Shown here one piece after another: positions 1-9,774 of a stretch of 64,000 bases of DNA. Position numbers and translations under genes: made by a program. How positions within the stretch are numbered: the stretch's first letter is position 1; the number at the start of each line of letters is the position of its first letter. The notes beneath the pieces were generated by a model that was not told the DNA's origin, did no database searches, and saw only the letters and a program-made list of their open reading frames with translations. The DNA lies in contig CAVRJO010000001.1 in the NCBI GenBank assembly GCA_963722255.1, positions 416,001 through 480,000 on the forward strand. Reading direction: 5' to 3'. Source of the stretch: Candidatus Babeliales bacterium (lineage in GTDB: Bacteria > Babelota > Babeliae > Babelales > JANWKD01).

Positions 1-184
1 TAGGAGCACCACCATGCTTACGTATATGTGCCTCATCTTCATTGGGGATGCCAAATCCGGTAACATTGGTATAGTATCGATCTATAATCTCTTGAGCATC
101 AAATTTTTTTAATGCTGGAACAGTAAAAAGACCCACAATCAAAAAGATCAGTACCAAACATACACAATGAATATTTTGCTTCAT
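1..184 (-). CDS. 5' part of a gene running off the window; N-terminal signal/anchor, function unknown
   Basis: ATG at 184, open frame MKQNIHCVCLVLIFLIVGLFTVPALKKFDAQEIIDRYY...HGGAP to the window edge; not in the ORF track. Confidence 0.6.
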   Translation of the reverse strand, partial: MKQNIHCVCLVLIFLIVGLFTVPALKKFDAQEIIDRYYTNVTGFGIPNEDEAHIRKHGGAP

Positions 185-201
185 GCCAAAAACCTTTTTT
201 A

Positions 202-237
202 ACAAGAGGGAGCGAACAGCAATTCGCTCCCTCTTGT
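202..237. terminator. 15-bp stem hairpin just after the Gly-rich gene
   Basis: ACAAGAGGGAGCGAA-cagcaa-TTCGCTCCCTCTTGT; no clear U-tract on the minus strand. Confidence 0.6.
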
Positions 238-249
238 ATAGATTAGAAA

Positions 250-1592
250 CTATTGTACGGCAACTTGAGATTGAGCCTCTTGTTGCATTCCTTGCAGCTC
301 TTCTACGCCTTCAGGAACAATCCCAACTTGATGTTGTAATCGAACAACGACATCGGCAATCTGATTTAAAGCGCGTGCTTGATTACGTGCAATCTCACGA
401 TAACTATTAGCTTCTTGTGCAGAATTTGGTGAAGCTGCCCGAGAAAGATCAATTCCTTGAAGATCGACCGTTCCAAATTGAACGCCCAATTTTTGTTGAT
501 CTTCTTGAGCAATTTGCGCCAATGCTCTAATTGCATCTGCGTCTGCAGCAAGATTAGTACCAAGCTCACTTGATGTCTGTACTGCAGGAGGATTTTGCAC
601 TTGCTGATGTTGTGCACCAACATATGATTCTAACTGATTAAGCTGGTCTGCCAATGAAACAATTGCATCAGCTTGTTGCTGCAATCCAACATTAAGTTTA
701 TCGACTGCATCCTGTACTTGTTCAGACTGTTGTTGTACATAGACAACACGTTCTTGCTCCGGCATTGATTCATACTCAACATCCGAAACAGTTTGAACCG
801 GCTGAATATCATCAAAATACCAAGGATTATAGCCAAAAGAGTTAAAGCCCCACCACCACCACGGTGACAAGAAGAAGTTCCATAATCCCCACCAGCCAAA
901 GTAACCAAATCCGCCGCCCCACCAGCCATTATTAAAGTTATTAAAATTATTACGATTATAATGGCCATGTCCTGCATGATTAAGCCCATGCGCATGCGCA
1001 AGATGACCATGAGTACCATGTTTTCCTAAGAGGTTTTTGCCCCCCGCTGCTCGTCCTCGAGCTCCCGCACCTTTGCCACCGGCAAGCCTACCTGCCCTAA
1101 TCCTCTACCGCCTTTTGTAATTCCTTGTCCTTTAGCAACGCCAAGGCCTCTTCCTGCTGCAAGTCTACCTGCACCGGCCCTTCCTCCTGCGCCCCCCAAA
1201 TTACCATGACCAATTTGACCTATACGAGCTCGTTGTGCCGTTGAAAGTCTACCTCTACCTGCACCCGCACCTCTACCTGCTCCTGTAAATCCACGACCGC
1301 CACCGGCACGAGAAACTGTTCGCACACGGCCTCCGCCATAACCGGCACCGTGTCCAAATCCACTACCACGAGAAACTCTTTGAACATGACTTCCGCCGCC
1401 ATAACCGCGAGAAACATGTTGAACGTGACCTCCGCCGCCTCTAAATCCACCGCCACGACCTCCGCCGCCATGGAATCCGCCACCGCCATGGCCACCACCA
1501 CCATGACCTCCACCTCCACGAGCAAAAATATCGTCATTGCACATGTTTACTGCTAGTGCAATGGCAGTTATTAGTAGTAACTTTTTATTCAT
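250..1592 (-). CDS. Exported low-complexity protein of ~447 aa (Gly/Arg-rich, His-rich, Trp/Gly-rich, Gln-rich tail), split by a 1-nt frameshift near 1096
   Basis: Adding one base to the G run at 1095-1097 gives GLGAGRLAGGKGAG...GHYNRNNFNNFNNGWWGGGFGYFGWW, continuous with ORF 250-870. Confidence 0.75.
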
Positions 1593-1882
1593 TAACCACT
1601 CCTTTATTATTTTTTATAGGGGCACCATGTCACAATATCATTTTAATTGTACAAAATGCATAAAATATAAATCAACATATTGATATTTATTTTTATTTGA
1701 AATTTTGAACTATGAATGCAATGCTAGTTTTTTGTCGTTTGGTAAAATGCAACTCTGTTCATGATGATTCAATTATTTTTCAAATATATTTTCTTCTGAT
1801 TCGTTTTAAAATAATATTATTAATAAACTGTTACATTTATTTCTTAACAGAGTCCCTTGTATAACCTAAATGAGTTATTTTA

Positions 1883-2479
1883 ATGGAAAAGCATGTAGGC
1901 ATTGTTTTAAAAAAATATAGTCCTCAAAAACAAAAAATATCTATTTTTGATCGTATATTAGGTAAAATTGAAGTGATGTATGCAAATGATAGGTCTATTC
2001 AATCTATTCATCACGGATCTTTGATACACTATTATATAGAACAAAAATATTTCAATTTTTATCACATTACCCAATGTGAAGTGCAAGCAGTTCCCTTTGA
2101 ATTAGCTCAACACGATATTAATTTTTTACATCATATTCTTGAATTAAGTTATTATTTTTTACCACTTAATAGCGCATACCCCGAGACATTCGAACTCGTA
2201 AAAAAAGCCCTTAATAACGCCATTCTTGATAAGGCGATTATATTGTTACGTTTTTTTTCTTCTCTTGGTATTTATTCAGAAGATCTTCCTTTTGAAAAAA
2301 ATTATTTTCACCGTTTACTTTCTGATCATTTTGAAACTATACTTAAAGAAAAATTTAATGAGACACAACTAAAACAAATAGATTTGTGGCTCATACGGTG
2401 TAAACAATTGCACCCTTATAGTAAAAATTTTAAAACTAATTATATACTGACAAGATGCAATGATGAAAAAAAATATTAA
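1883..2479 (+). CDS. recO: DNA repair protein RecO-like
   Basis: N-terminal GIVLK...KISIFDRILGKI OB-fold pattern and the EL...FLP...PETFEL helix typical of RecO. Confidence 0.65.
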   Translation: MEKHVGIVLKKYSPQKQKISIFDRILGKIEVMYANDRSIQSIHHGSLIHYYIEQKYFNFYHITQCEVQAVPFELAQHDINFLHHILELSYYFLPLNSAYPETFELVKKALNNAILDKAIILLRFFSSLGIYSEDLPFEKNYFHRLLSDHFETILKEKFNETQLKQIDLWLIRCKQLHPYSKNFKTNYILTRCNDEKKY

Positions 2480-5400
2480 CGGTTTAGTCCTACTTTTCTT
2501 AGTCTGCTGGACAGCGCCAACTTTTTCTGGAATTTTTAATTATTTTGGTTTTGGATCATCGCAAAGCGAAAGTCCCGGTAAACTAAGAATACCTCTTGGA
2601 ATTAACGAAAAAAAAGAGCAGCTCGAACGATTAAAAAACGATTTAAAGGACCTTGAAGCTACACAAAGTGAGTTTTTGGCAACTATTCAATCACATCTCG
2701 ATCAAAATAGTATCGCTATTAATGAAATAAAAGAAAAACAGATAGGCGCTTCAACGCAAGAACTACCTTTTTTAAATAAAGTACTTTCTATTCTTAATGA
2801 AACCTATCAAACGCTCTTTAATCTACAATTCTTTAGAAAAGAACTGATTAACAATATTGAACAACATATACAACTTATTGAGTCATACCTTAAAGACCCG
2901 GAATTCAAATCGATAAGCCTTAATGTCCAATCTTTCTACTCCTTTAGTGATTTACAGGATGTAGCGCAGAAAATCACTGTTGAAGAAGATCTTCTCAACC
3001 ATTTAATTGAACAAAAAAATGAAGCCACTATTGATCTTGATACTGCCAAAAGAAAGATAATTTCGCTTACAAAAGAGTTTGAAGAGAGAAAAAAGCAACA
3101 AGCAGAATTTAGCACAAAATTAAAAGATCCAAAAGCACGATACGCCAGTTCAGATTTCGATTTTAAACAACTTGGTAAGCTGGTTGATCTGGAAAAAAAT
3201 TTTCTATCTTTTGAAAAACAACTGGCTGAGCTTAAAGTACAAACGATTACGCGCAAACTTTCATTGCTTGAAACAACACTCGCTCTTGAGGCTGACAAAT
3301 TAAAAATTTACAAAGCAAATTTAGTTAAAATTAAAGATGGATTAAGAATAGAACCCAAAGATATTCAAAAAGCAAAAGATAAATTGGAAGTAGTTAAAAA
3401 AGAGTCTCTTGCTACGCGCGATAAACTTTATGCAACCATTAAAGAACTTTCTGCACAACGAGATAGCACCCTTAAAGAACTTGAACAGTTAAAGAAAAAG
3501 TATAATTTAAGCGATTTGACTGCATTGGGAGTAACCACTTGGAACACTATTCCAACTTCTCTAAATGATTGGGTAAAACTCAGTGAAATCGGTTTAAAAG
3601 ATAGCCAAATATCATTACTTGAAAACAAAATTGATACTATACGCGCAACTATTGATTTAGAGGTGTATAAATTTAAGCGCAATGATATTGATTTTGAAAT
3701 ATTAAACTCATGGTATAAAATAACACGTCGTCAATTTAAAACTAATGATGAGATTCTAGAGGATCTTAGAAATTATCAAACACTTATTACAGAATTCACT
3801 CGAGAAGAAGCTAATATAAAAGATAAGCGCAATACACTTGCCAATCTTATTGCTATAAGAAACAAGAATTTAACAAATCTAAAAAATCTTATAAGCGAGC
3901 TAAAAGGGGCAAAAAGCATTGTTTTTAAATCTGCTAACAATAAATATATTTATTGCTTAAGTCGATTTAACCAGACAGAAAAAATAGTTGAAGAACAGAT
4001 CGAAAATAATAATCAGCTTCTCAAAAATTACGCTGATTTAATTACACTCATAAATAGCACACAACAAGATCTTACCAATATAACCTCGGAACTAGAAACT
4101 AAAAGCATTTGGCAGCGTTCTGAATATGCAATTTCATGGAACGGCGTAAAAAATATTGGATCTGACTTAGGTTTCTTCATTAAGGATATGCAAAAACTTT
4201 TTGCTCATTTTATTTTTGGCCTTTATTCTTCACTACGTTCTACCCTCTCTAAAATTATATATCATCCCTTTAACCTTATTGTATTTCTGATAAAAATTAT
4301 TTTTCTGCTCTTTTTATATTGGTTCCTAAGGTCTCGGCTTTTATCTTTCATTGTTTCAAGCGGAAGTTATAAACCCCAAAACCAATCAATGCTTATTCTT
4401 TCAAAGCTTATTGAATTTTTATCAACCTTTGCTTACTCATATTTCACCTGTATTTTTATTTGGTGTACATGCTTTTGCCTCATCTATTTTAATTATATTA
4501 CCGATAGTTTTCTACAAGTACTCTTTTATTTAGGATCAATACTATTTCTCTGCTATTTGGTTTACCGTTTTATTAATTATCTTATAAAATTTAATGAAAA
4601 AAATGAGTATGTTCTGTTTAACCAATTTTTTCAAAAGCGATTCACCTTTGTATTTGGGCTATTTGCCTATTTAAGCATTATTCTTTTATTTTTCAGAGAA
4701 GCATTTATTGTCGCAACCTATCATGCATCAGAATTCCCTACAATTCTTTTGGCTGTTTACTCTGTCATTATTAGAACACTCATTATATTTTCCATAGGCA
4801 AAGATGAGATAATTAGTTTTTTACCACAACGCGGCGCAGCATGGAAAACAGTTGCAGATTTTATTAATAGATACTATTACCTTCTTTTAGGAATTATAAT
4901 TGGCTTAATGCTGATAAGCGATCCCTATATTGGCGGTTATGGCAACCTCGTTTCATTTATTCTCTGGGGATGCATTGGCACTGTTGTTCTTCTAAAATTA
5001 CTTCTTATTCTTCAAAACTATATTAAGAAAAAATCTTCAACTATATTTTTCAAAATTGATGAAGAATCGATTCGTGAACGATTTGTCTATGCAAAAACAT
5101 GGTATGGCCTCTTTGTTGTCGCACTCTTTGCTCTTTTTGTCATACTTGGCATTGTTTTAAGCTTAAAGATCTGGGGCAAATCGATTTCTATACAAGAAAT
5201 CACCTCCATTTTAAATTACGGCTTATTTAGTACGGGATTTGACCAAACAATACAACAACATATTTGGCTTACTCCGCTCAAAGTCTTCGTCATTATCTTA
5301 TTTATTTTTGCGGGATTCATAGTTGCTTTTACTATCAACCGCTTCGTTCTTAATAGAATATTTCAACTTTTACCGGTAGACATTGGAATTCAAAATACTA

Positions 5401-6083
5401 TTACCAGTTTAACGCGCTATCTTATTTTCATAGCCGCTATTTTCTTAGGGTTTAATTGGGGCGGGCTGGGTAGTCTTCTTCTTGGATTAGGTTTGGTAAT
5501 TGCCAGTATCGGTTATATTGTCAAAGAACCAATTGGAGACTTCATCTCATATTTTATAATTTTGGTTCAAAGGCCATTAAAAATAGGTGATTTAGTAAAA
5601 ATCAACGATATTCTTGGTGTCGTACGCCACATTACACCAAGGTCAGTTATTATACGATCAAAAAATAGTTTTACCATTGTCATGCCAAATACTATGGTCA
5701 TTAATCAACCGGTTCTCAATTGGAACTATTCACGAGGATTTATTGCATTTGATGATATACTCTTCACAGTTCCTTATAGCGTTGACCCGCTTTTTGTTAA
5801 AACAATAGTTGCTGAAGTACTTGATGCTAATACCGATATTTTAAAAAGCCCTCGTCCCATTATTCGTCTTGAAAATTTTGGTGAAAATGGATACGAATTC
5901 CTTTTACGTGGCTTTTTAAGCAGTAATAAAACACTTGATATTTGGGATATTGCAAGTAACGTGCGTCTCGCATTAGTTCAGGCATTACAAAAGAATGGAA
6001 TCTCTCTTGCAGTTCCTACTCGATTAGTTCTTACAAAAGAGTTGACTCATGTTTCTGATACTGAACCTATCAAAGAACGGTAA
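2460..6083 (+). CDS. Large MscS-family (MscK-like) mechanosensitive channel
   Basis: Signal peptide, long coiled-coil region, multiple TM helices, C-terminal MscS core (RPLKIGDLVKI...GVVRHITPRSVII...PN). Confidence 0.9.
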   Translation: MMKKNINGLVLLFLVCWTAPTFSGIFNYFGFGSSQSESPGKLRIPLGINEKKEQLERLKNDLKDLEATQSEFLATIQSHLDQNSIAINEIKEKQIGASTQELPFLNKVLSILNETYQTLFNLQFFRKELINNIEQHIQLIESYLKDPEFKSISLNVQSFYSFSDLQDVAQKITVEEDLLNHLIEQKNEATIDLDTAKRKIISLTKEFEERKKQQAEFSTKLKDPKARYASSDFDFKQLGKLVDLEKNFLSFEKQLAELKVQTITRKLSLLETTLALEADKLKIYKANLVKIKDGLRIEPKDIQKAKDKLEVVKKESLATRDKLYATIKELSAQRDSTLKELEQLKKKYNLSDLTALGVTTWNTIPTSLNDWVKLSEIGLKDSQISLLENKIDTIRATIDLEVYKFKRNDIDFEILNSWYKITRRQFKTNDEILEDLRNYQTLITEFTREEANIKDKRNTLANLIAIRNKNLTNLKNLISELKGAKSIVFKSANNKYIYCLSRFNQTEKIVEEQIENNNQLLKNYADLITLINSTQQDLTNITSELETKSIWQRSEYAISWNGVKNIGSDLGFFIKDMQKLFAHFIFGLYSSLRSTLSKIIYHPFNLIVFLIKIIFLLFLYWFLRSRLLSFIVSSGSYKPQNQSMLILSKLIEFLSTFAYSYFTCIFIWCTCFCLIYFNYITDSFLQVLFYLGSILFLCYLVYRFINYLIKFNEKNEYVLFNQFFQKRFTFVFGLFAYLSIILLFFREAFIVATYHASEFPTILLAVYSVIIRTLIIFSIGKDEIISFLPQRGAAWKTVADFINRYYYLLLGIIIGLMLISDPYIGGYGNLVSFILWGCIGTVVLLKLLLILQNYIKKKSSTIFFKIDEESIRERFVYAKTWYGLFVVALFALFVILGIVLSLKIWGKSISIQEITSILNYGLFSTGFDQTIQQHIWLTPLKVFVIILFIFAGFIVAFTINRFVLNRIFQLLPVDIGIQNTITSLTRYLIFIAAIFLGFNWGGLGSLLLGLGLVIASIGYIVKEPIGDFISYFIILVQRPLKIGDLVKINDILGVVRHITPRSVIIRSKNSFTIVMPNTMVINQPVLNWNYSRGFIAFDDILFTVPYSVDPLFVKTIVAEVLDANTDILKSPRPIIRLENFGENGYEFLLRGFLSSNKTLDIWDIASNVRLALVQALQKNGISLAVPTRLVLTKELTHVSDTEPIKER

Positions 6084-6547
6084 TATTAAAGGTATTGTGC
6101 ATGCAATATATTTAATACAAAGGAATTATATTTAACAGTATTTTACTTGTCTAAAATACTGTAGACAAAAGGACACCAACGTTCCGTTGGATCGTTCTCC
6201 CGCTCCAATATGGCCCACTTCAACATTAATGCTTACAGCATTAAGTTTTCGGGACCACGTGTAGCTACCGGAGATATTTTATAGATTGTTTCCTTTGAGC
6301 ACAACCGTTGAAGGGCTTGCAGCATATTCCGTAGGAATATGTGAGGGCCCGCCTTTTGTGCGACAGAGATTCCTAAGATACTTCTTAGGTGCCCTTGTAT
6401 TAAAGGTATTGGGCACGCAATACCTTTATAAATAAATTATTATTTTGGTTTTAGGTATTATTGACATAAAAAATACCTAAGTTAAAAAAATGTATTATAA
6501 AAAAAATGTATTAAAGGTATTGTGCATACAATACCTTTATAAATAAA
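6084..6547. repeat. Three copies of a palindromic repeat, core AAAGGTATTG-N6-CAATACCTTT (6084-6117 degenerate, 6396-6436, 6507-6547)
   Basis: Copies 2 and 3 match at 38/41 nt, with all differences in the loop; related hairpins at 6136-6162 and 6451-6480. Confidence 0.85.
6169..6396. ncRNA. Candidate structured ncRNA of unknown class
   Basis: GC-richer island with a closing helix (AAGGACACC/GGTGCCCTT), two long arms (6196-6274, 6299-6361) and two short hairpins; no ORF. Confidence 0.55.
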
Positions 6548-6607
6548 ATCTTAGTAAAAGGAATTAGGGTTATAGGGATTTTATAGCAGAAAAATACCTA
6601 ACACTAA

Positions 6608-6817
6608 TTATTTGGAGCTTTTTTTAAGTAATGAGCGAACAGTCTCAACGCCACCAACTTTGATAAAACCATAAGCAGCAAGTAAAACACCACCAATAAT
6701 AACAATCGTGTTAAGCCATGTTTGAAAAAAACCAAATGCATATAAAAGCACTATAATGCCAAGAATTATATACACATATCCTTTTTGGCTTTCATTTAAA
6801 TGAAACTTATTAGTCAT
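6608..6817 (-). CDS. Small two-TM membrane protein
   Basis: 69 aa with two hydrophobic helices; AGGAG ribosome-binding site upstream. Confidence 0.75.
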   Translation of the reverse strand: MTNKFHLNESQKGYVYIILGIIVLLYAFGFFQTWLNTIVIIGGVLLAAYGFIKVGGVETVRSLLKKSSK

Positions 6818-7016
6818 ATCTTCTCCTTTTAGAATAGTTCATTACAACCTTTTAGAAGCATACTAAACTATACTTTTATAGTTCAATATTATTGAAAAAA
6901 ATTAATTTCACCTTAAGCAAGATACGCAGTCATTTACTTTTTATTCAATTTGTATATAATATTAGTAGCTTATAAAAGGAAACAATACTGTTTTACCCTA
7001 TAAATCTTAAAGAATT

Positions 7017-7667
7017 GTGAGTTTTATGAATATTTTTAAAATAAGCATCCATGTACTAGTTATCTTATCACTGGGTAGTTCAATAAATGGTATGGAAAAT
7101 GGAAAAGATCAACTCTTAAAAAAAGTAGTTATCGGAACCTATGTTTCAACAATTTTAGCTGAAATAGCTTTAATCGCATCACCAGCGTTTCAATCATTCA
7201 TCTTTGGTAATGAAACTGTCAATGAAGCAACTAAAAATCATATTCAGTTGCTAGCAAATTCATATAACATAAGTTCAGTTCCAACTATACAGCAGGGATA
7301 TTCATTGTGGCACAAAATTGTTGGTTCAATATTTTCCAACCATGCAACGTTATTTGTTAATCCCTCTGCAAACATTCTAACCTCCGATGCTAAAGACGAT
7401 ATTAAAAAAAGCCTTATCGCTATAGAATTCAATCGAGATCGAAACATTCTTATAGCAGCTTTAGCTGTGCCTATCTTTGTATATGGAACCCTTACGGCAG
7501 GATCGTTATTTCTTAAAAATATAGTCCCAACAGAGAATGGTATTCTGAGTAAAATCAAAATAGGGATCGATTATCTTTCTCAAAATTTTAAGCTAACGGC
7601 TTTAATAACCCTTGGAACAATCTACGGATTCATTAAAGCACAGGATTATTATTTAGCACGACGCTAA
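7017..7667 (+). CDS. Hypothetical exported/membrane protein (signal peptide then G|MEN)
   Basis: ORF with signal peptide and about 3 hydrophobic segments; start may be ATG 7026. Confidence 0.7.
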   Translation: MSFMNIFKISIHVLVILSLGSSINGMENGKDQLLKKVVIGTYVSTILAEIALIASPAFQSFIFGNETVNEATKNHIQLLANSYNISSVPTIQQGYSLWHKIVGSIFSNHATLFVNPSANILTSDAKDDIKKSLIAIEFNRDRNILIAALAVPIFVYGTLTAGSLFLKNIVPTENGILSKIKIGIDYLSQNFKLTALITLGTIYGFIKAQDYYLARR

Positions 7668-7878
7668 TAACCAAAGTAATATTTTTCAATAATTTCTGGC
7701 TTTATTCTATAAACTCTCTCTATACTGCTAATTTTGAAAAATTATATACTATCATATATCATAAATAAGCTGATTCATAAAAATCTAAAATTTTCTAATC
7801 TATTGAATACCCTCAAAAAAATATGCTATTATAAATATAAATACTAAAATGGCAAACCATAAAAAGGGGGTTAAAAAC

Positions 7879-8463
7879 ATGAAGAATAGTAAAAAATTTC
7901 TACTTATATTTATTCCATTATTCGTATCATCCTATGCTTTGGGTATGGAAAAATCTTTAGAAGAGCGGATAAAAAACCTGGAGGATAAAGTTGCTTTACT
8001 GGAAAAATCAAGCGAAGCACCAACCTATGAAAAATGTTCTCCAGATGGAAAAAATTGTAAAAGAATTACTCAAAAAAAAGCTTCTACTATAATCCGTAAA
8101 AAAGGGAAACGTCATAGAATAAGAAGATGTCGCGGTAGTCGTTGTGATTGGTTGGCTGGTCATGGAAATGTACAACAAAAATTCCAAGAACTACAAAAAA
8201 AATATGGAATAAAACCATTAACTTCACAAGAATTTGCTGCGGTACAAGGTGGAAAGCAACAACCGGGAGTAACACAGGCACAATTCAATAAACTTCGATC
8301 ACAAATTAATGAACTGTTATCAAGCAAAACTGCAACTGAAGAAGAAATAAACAAAAAAATTGATGAATTTGCACGATTAAATCCTGCGCGTAGACCTTCT
8401 CCTGAAGATTATAGAGAAGTTTTAAAAGCAAAAATTGAAGCAGAACGAGAAGAAGTAGAATAA
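7879..8463 (+). CDS. Hypothetical exported basic protein (signal peptide then G|MEK)
   Basis: AGGGGG RBS before ATG 7879; Cys pairs and an Arg/Lys cluster. Confidence 0.75.
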   Translation: MKNSKKFLLIFIPLFVSSYALGMEKSLEERIKNLEDKVALLEKSSEAPTYEKCSPDGKNCKRITQKKASTIIRKKGKRHRIRRCRGSRCDWLAGHGNVQQKFQELQKKYGIKPLTSQEFAAVQGGKQQPGVTQAQFNKLRSQINELLSSKTATEEEINKKIDEFARLNPARRPSPEDYREVLKAKIEAEREEVE

Positions 8464-8469
8464 GAATTT

Positions 8470-8508
8470 AATAATGATTGTTGCTCGGCAAGAGCAACAA
8501 TCATTATT
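8470..8508. terminator. Hairpin, likely bidirectional terminator
   Basis: 17-bp perfect stem AATAATGATTGTTGCTC/GAGCAACAATCATTATT between convergent genes. Confidence 0.75.
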
Positions 8509-8551
8509 GCAAATTAATAAACCTAACGAAAAATGCTTATTCTTACTAAAA

Positions 8552-9106
8552 CTAACTCTCTATAAATCCCGCAATTGGCCAAGGATTTGTAAAATCTAAA
8601 TGAAAATCAGATAATGGCTGATGATGCACTAAAAAATGAATCATTTGAACTTTAATACCATTTTCTCGAATAGTTTTTAACAACCCCTCAACCCACATTA
8701 ATTTTGCATACGTTGATTGATTTTTGGTAAAAGGATTACGATCAAAGGAAATGTATGCTTCGCAACCGGATGGAGATACTAGTACCGATTGCAACGATAC
8801 CTTTTTTTCCATAACTTTTTCTTCATCAAGTAAGGCTAACCAGCATGTTATCACATGAATCAAGGTATCTGCTTTATCATCAGACCACAAAAGTTCTGTC
8901 TCTTCAGCATGCCATGCATCATTGTTCCAATAAAATCGCGTTATACGTTTTTTTGTAATCTGAACGACATTCTGCTGCTCTTTCTGTGTTGCATTTTTTT
9001 TTGGTAGATTGATAATAATCCATTGTTGATTATAGGCAAAGTAGCAGAATGAAAAGAGCATACAACCAACGCCGCTTAGTACCCAATATAGTAGATGATT
9101 CTTCAT
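8552..9106 (-). CDS. Membrane-anchored GerMN-like protein
   Basis: ATG 9106 overlaps the amidase stop (ATGA); N-terminal TM; AYISF...VEGLLKTI...FLVH...HLDFTNPWP resembles GerMN. Confidence 0.55.
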   Translation of the reverse strand: MKNHLLYWVLSGVGCMLFSFCYFAYNQQWIIINLPKKNATQKEQQNVVQITKKRITRFYWNNDAWHAEETELLWSDDKADTLIHVITCWLALLDEEKVMEKKVSLQSVLVSPSGCEAYISFDRNPFTKNQSTYAKLMWVEGLLKTIRENGIKVQMIHFLVHHQPLSDFHLDFTNPWPIAGFIES

Positions 9107-9774
9107 AAAGCAGTATCCAATACTGATAATACCTGCAGCAAACTCTGCATAAGAGGAGTTACATATAAACTCCATTGATCCTTTTTTTTCAAACTTATTT
9201 CAATGCCAATTGCCGGACCAACAATACCTATTAATGGTTTAAAAGGTACTCCAATTGTCCCTTTATATTCAAAAAGTGAAGCATACGATTTTTGCTTTAA
9301 AGATTGTTCTAATGCAGTTGCTATCTTTTTTGTCGTAGAAAGCTTCGTTCGATGTGCCTTATCATAAGGAATAAAAGCAAGGTCAACGGTTGGTTTTTGC
9401 CAACAATCAGTACTATCGTTAAGAAAATAATAAACAAAAAGCTCAGGCTTTGGCGCATCTTCATAATAAAAATGAAAACTTACATAAAGATCAACGTCTA
9501 ATCTATTTGCAAAACTTGCATTCTGCAAAGGTTCTAATGATTCACCGGGAAATCGTGTTAAAATAACTCGTAATGAAGGATCATGAATCTCAAGATATTT
9601 TTTTAGCTTTTCAGCAAATTGAAGCGTAATTCCTCGCTCAAAAGAATCTTCGATTATCCGCCCTGCATGTTTAGCATCACCGGCCGGATCGAGCATAAGA
9701 GTAAATTGCCGCGCACAAGAGATCTGAAAAAGTATGCTCCAAAAAAATAGTTGTAGAAATTTTTTTATCGACAT
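9103..9774 (-). CDS. N-acetylmuramoyl-L-alanine amidase (Amidase_3 fold), first Zn-ligand His absent
   Basis: MLDPAGD, E, VILTR, ANRLDVDLYVSFH, PAIGIE motifs. Confidence 0.8.
   Translation of the reverse strand: MSIKKFLQLFFWSILFQISCARQFTLMLDPAGDAKHAGRIIEDSFERGITLQFAEKLKKYLEIHDPSLRVILTRFPGESLEPLQNASFANRLDVDLYVSFHFYYEDAPKPELFVYYFLNDSTDCWQKPTVDLAFIPYDKAHRTKLSTTKKIATALEQSLKQKSYASLFEYKGTIGVPFKPLIGIVGPAIGIEISLKKKDQWSLYVTPLMQSLLQVLSVLDTAL

Noticed and set aside
1..184. Possible DOT1-like methyltransferase start (..HGGAP)
   Set aside because: The diagnostic motifs would lie outside the window
630..1019. 129-aa ORF and other overlapping ORFs in 183-1556
   Set aside because: Alternative-frame shadows of the frameshifted Gly-rich gene
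6169..6396. Assignment as tmRNA, RNase P RNA, SRP RNA or a known riboswitch
   Set aside because: Diagnostic motifs (tRNA-like ends, GAGGAAAGUCC, SRP GGAA/AGCAG loop, FMN/B12/glycine cores) were not found on either strand
6084..6547. Palindromic repeats as a CRISPR array
   Set aside because: Only three copies, gaps of about 280 and 70 nt, variable loops and no cas genes in the window
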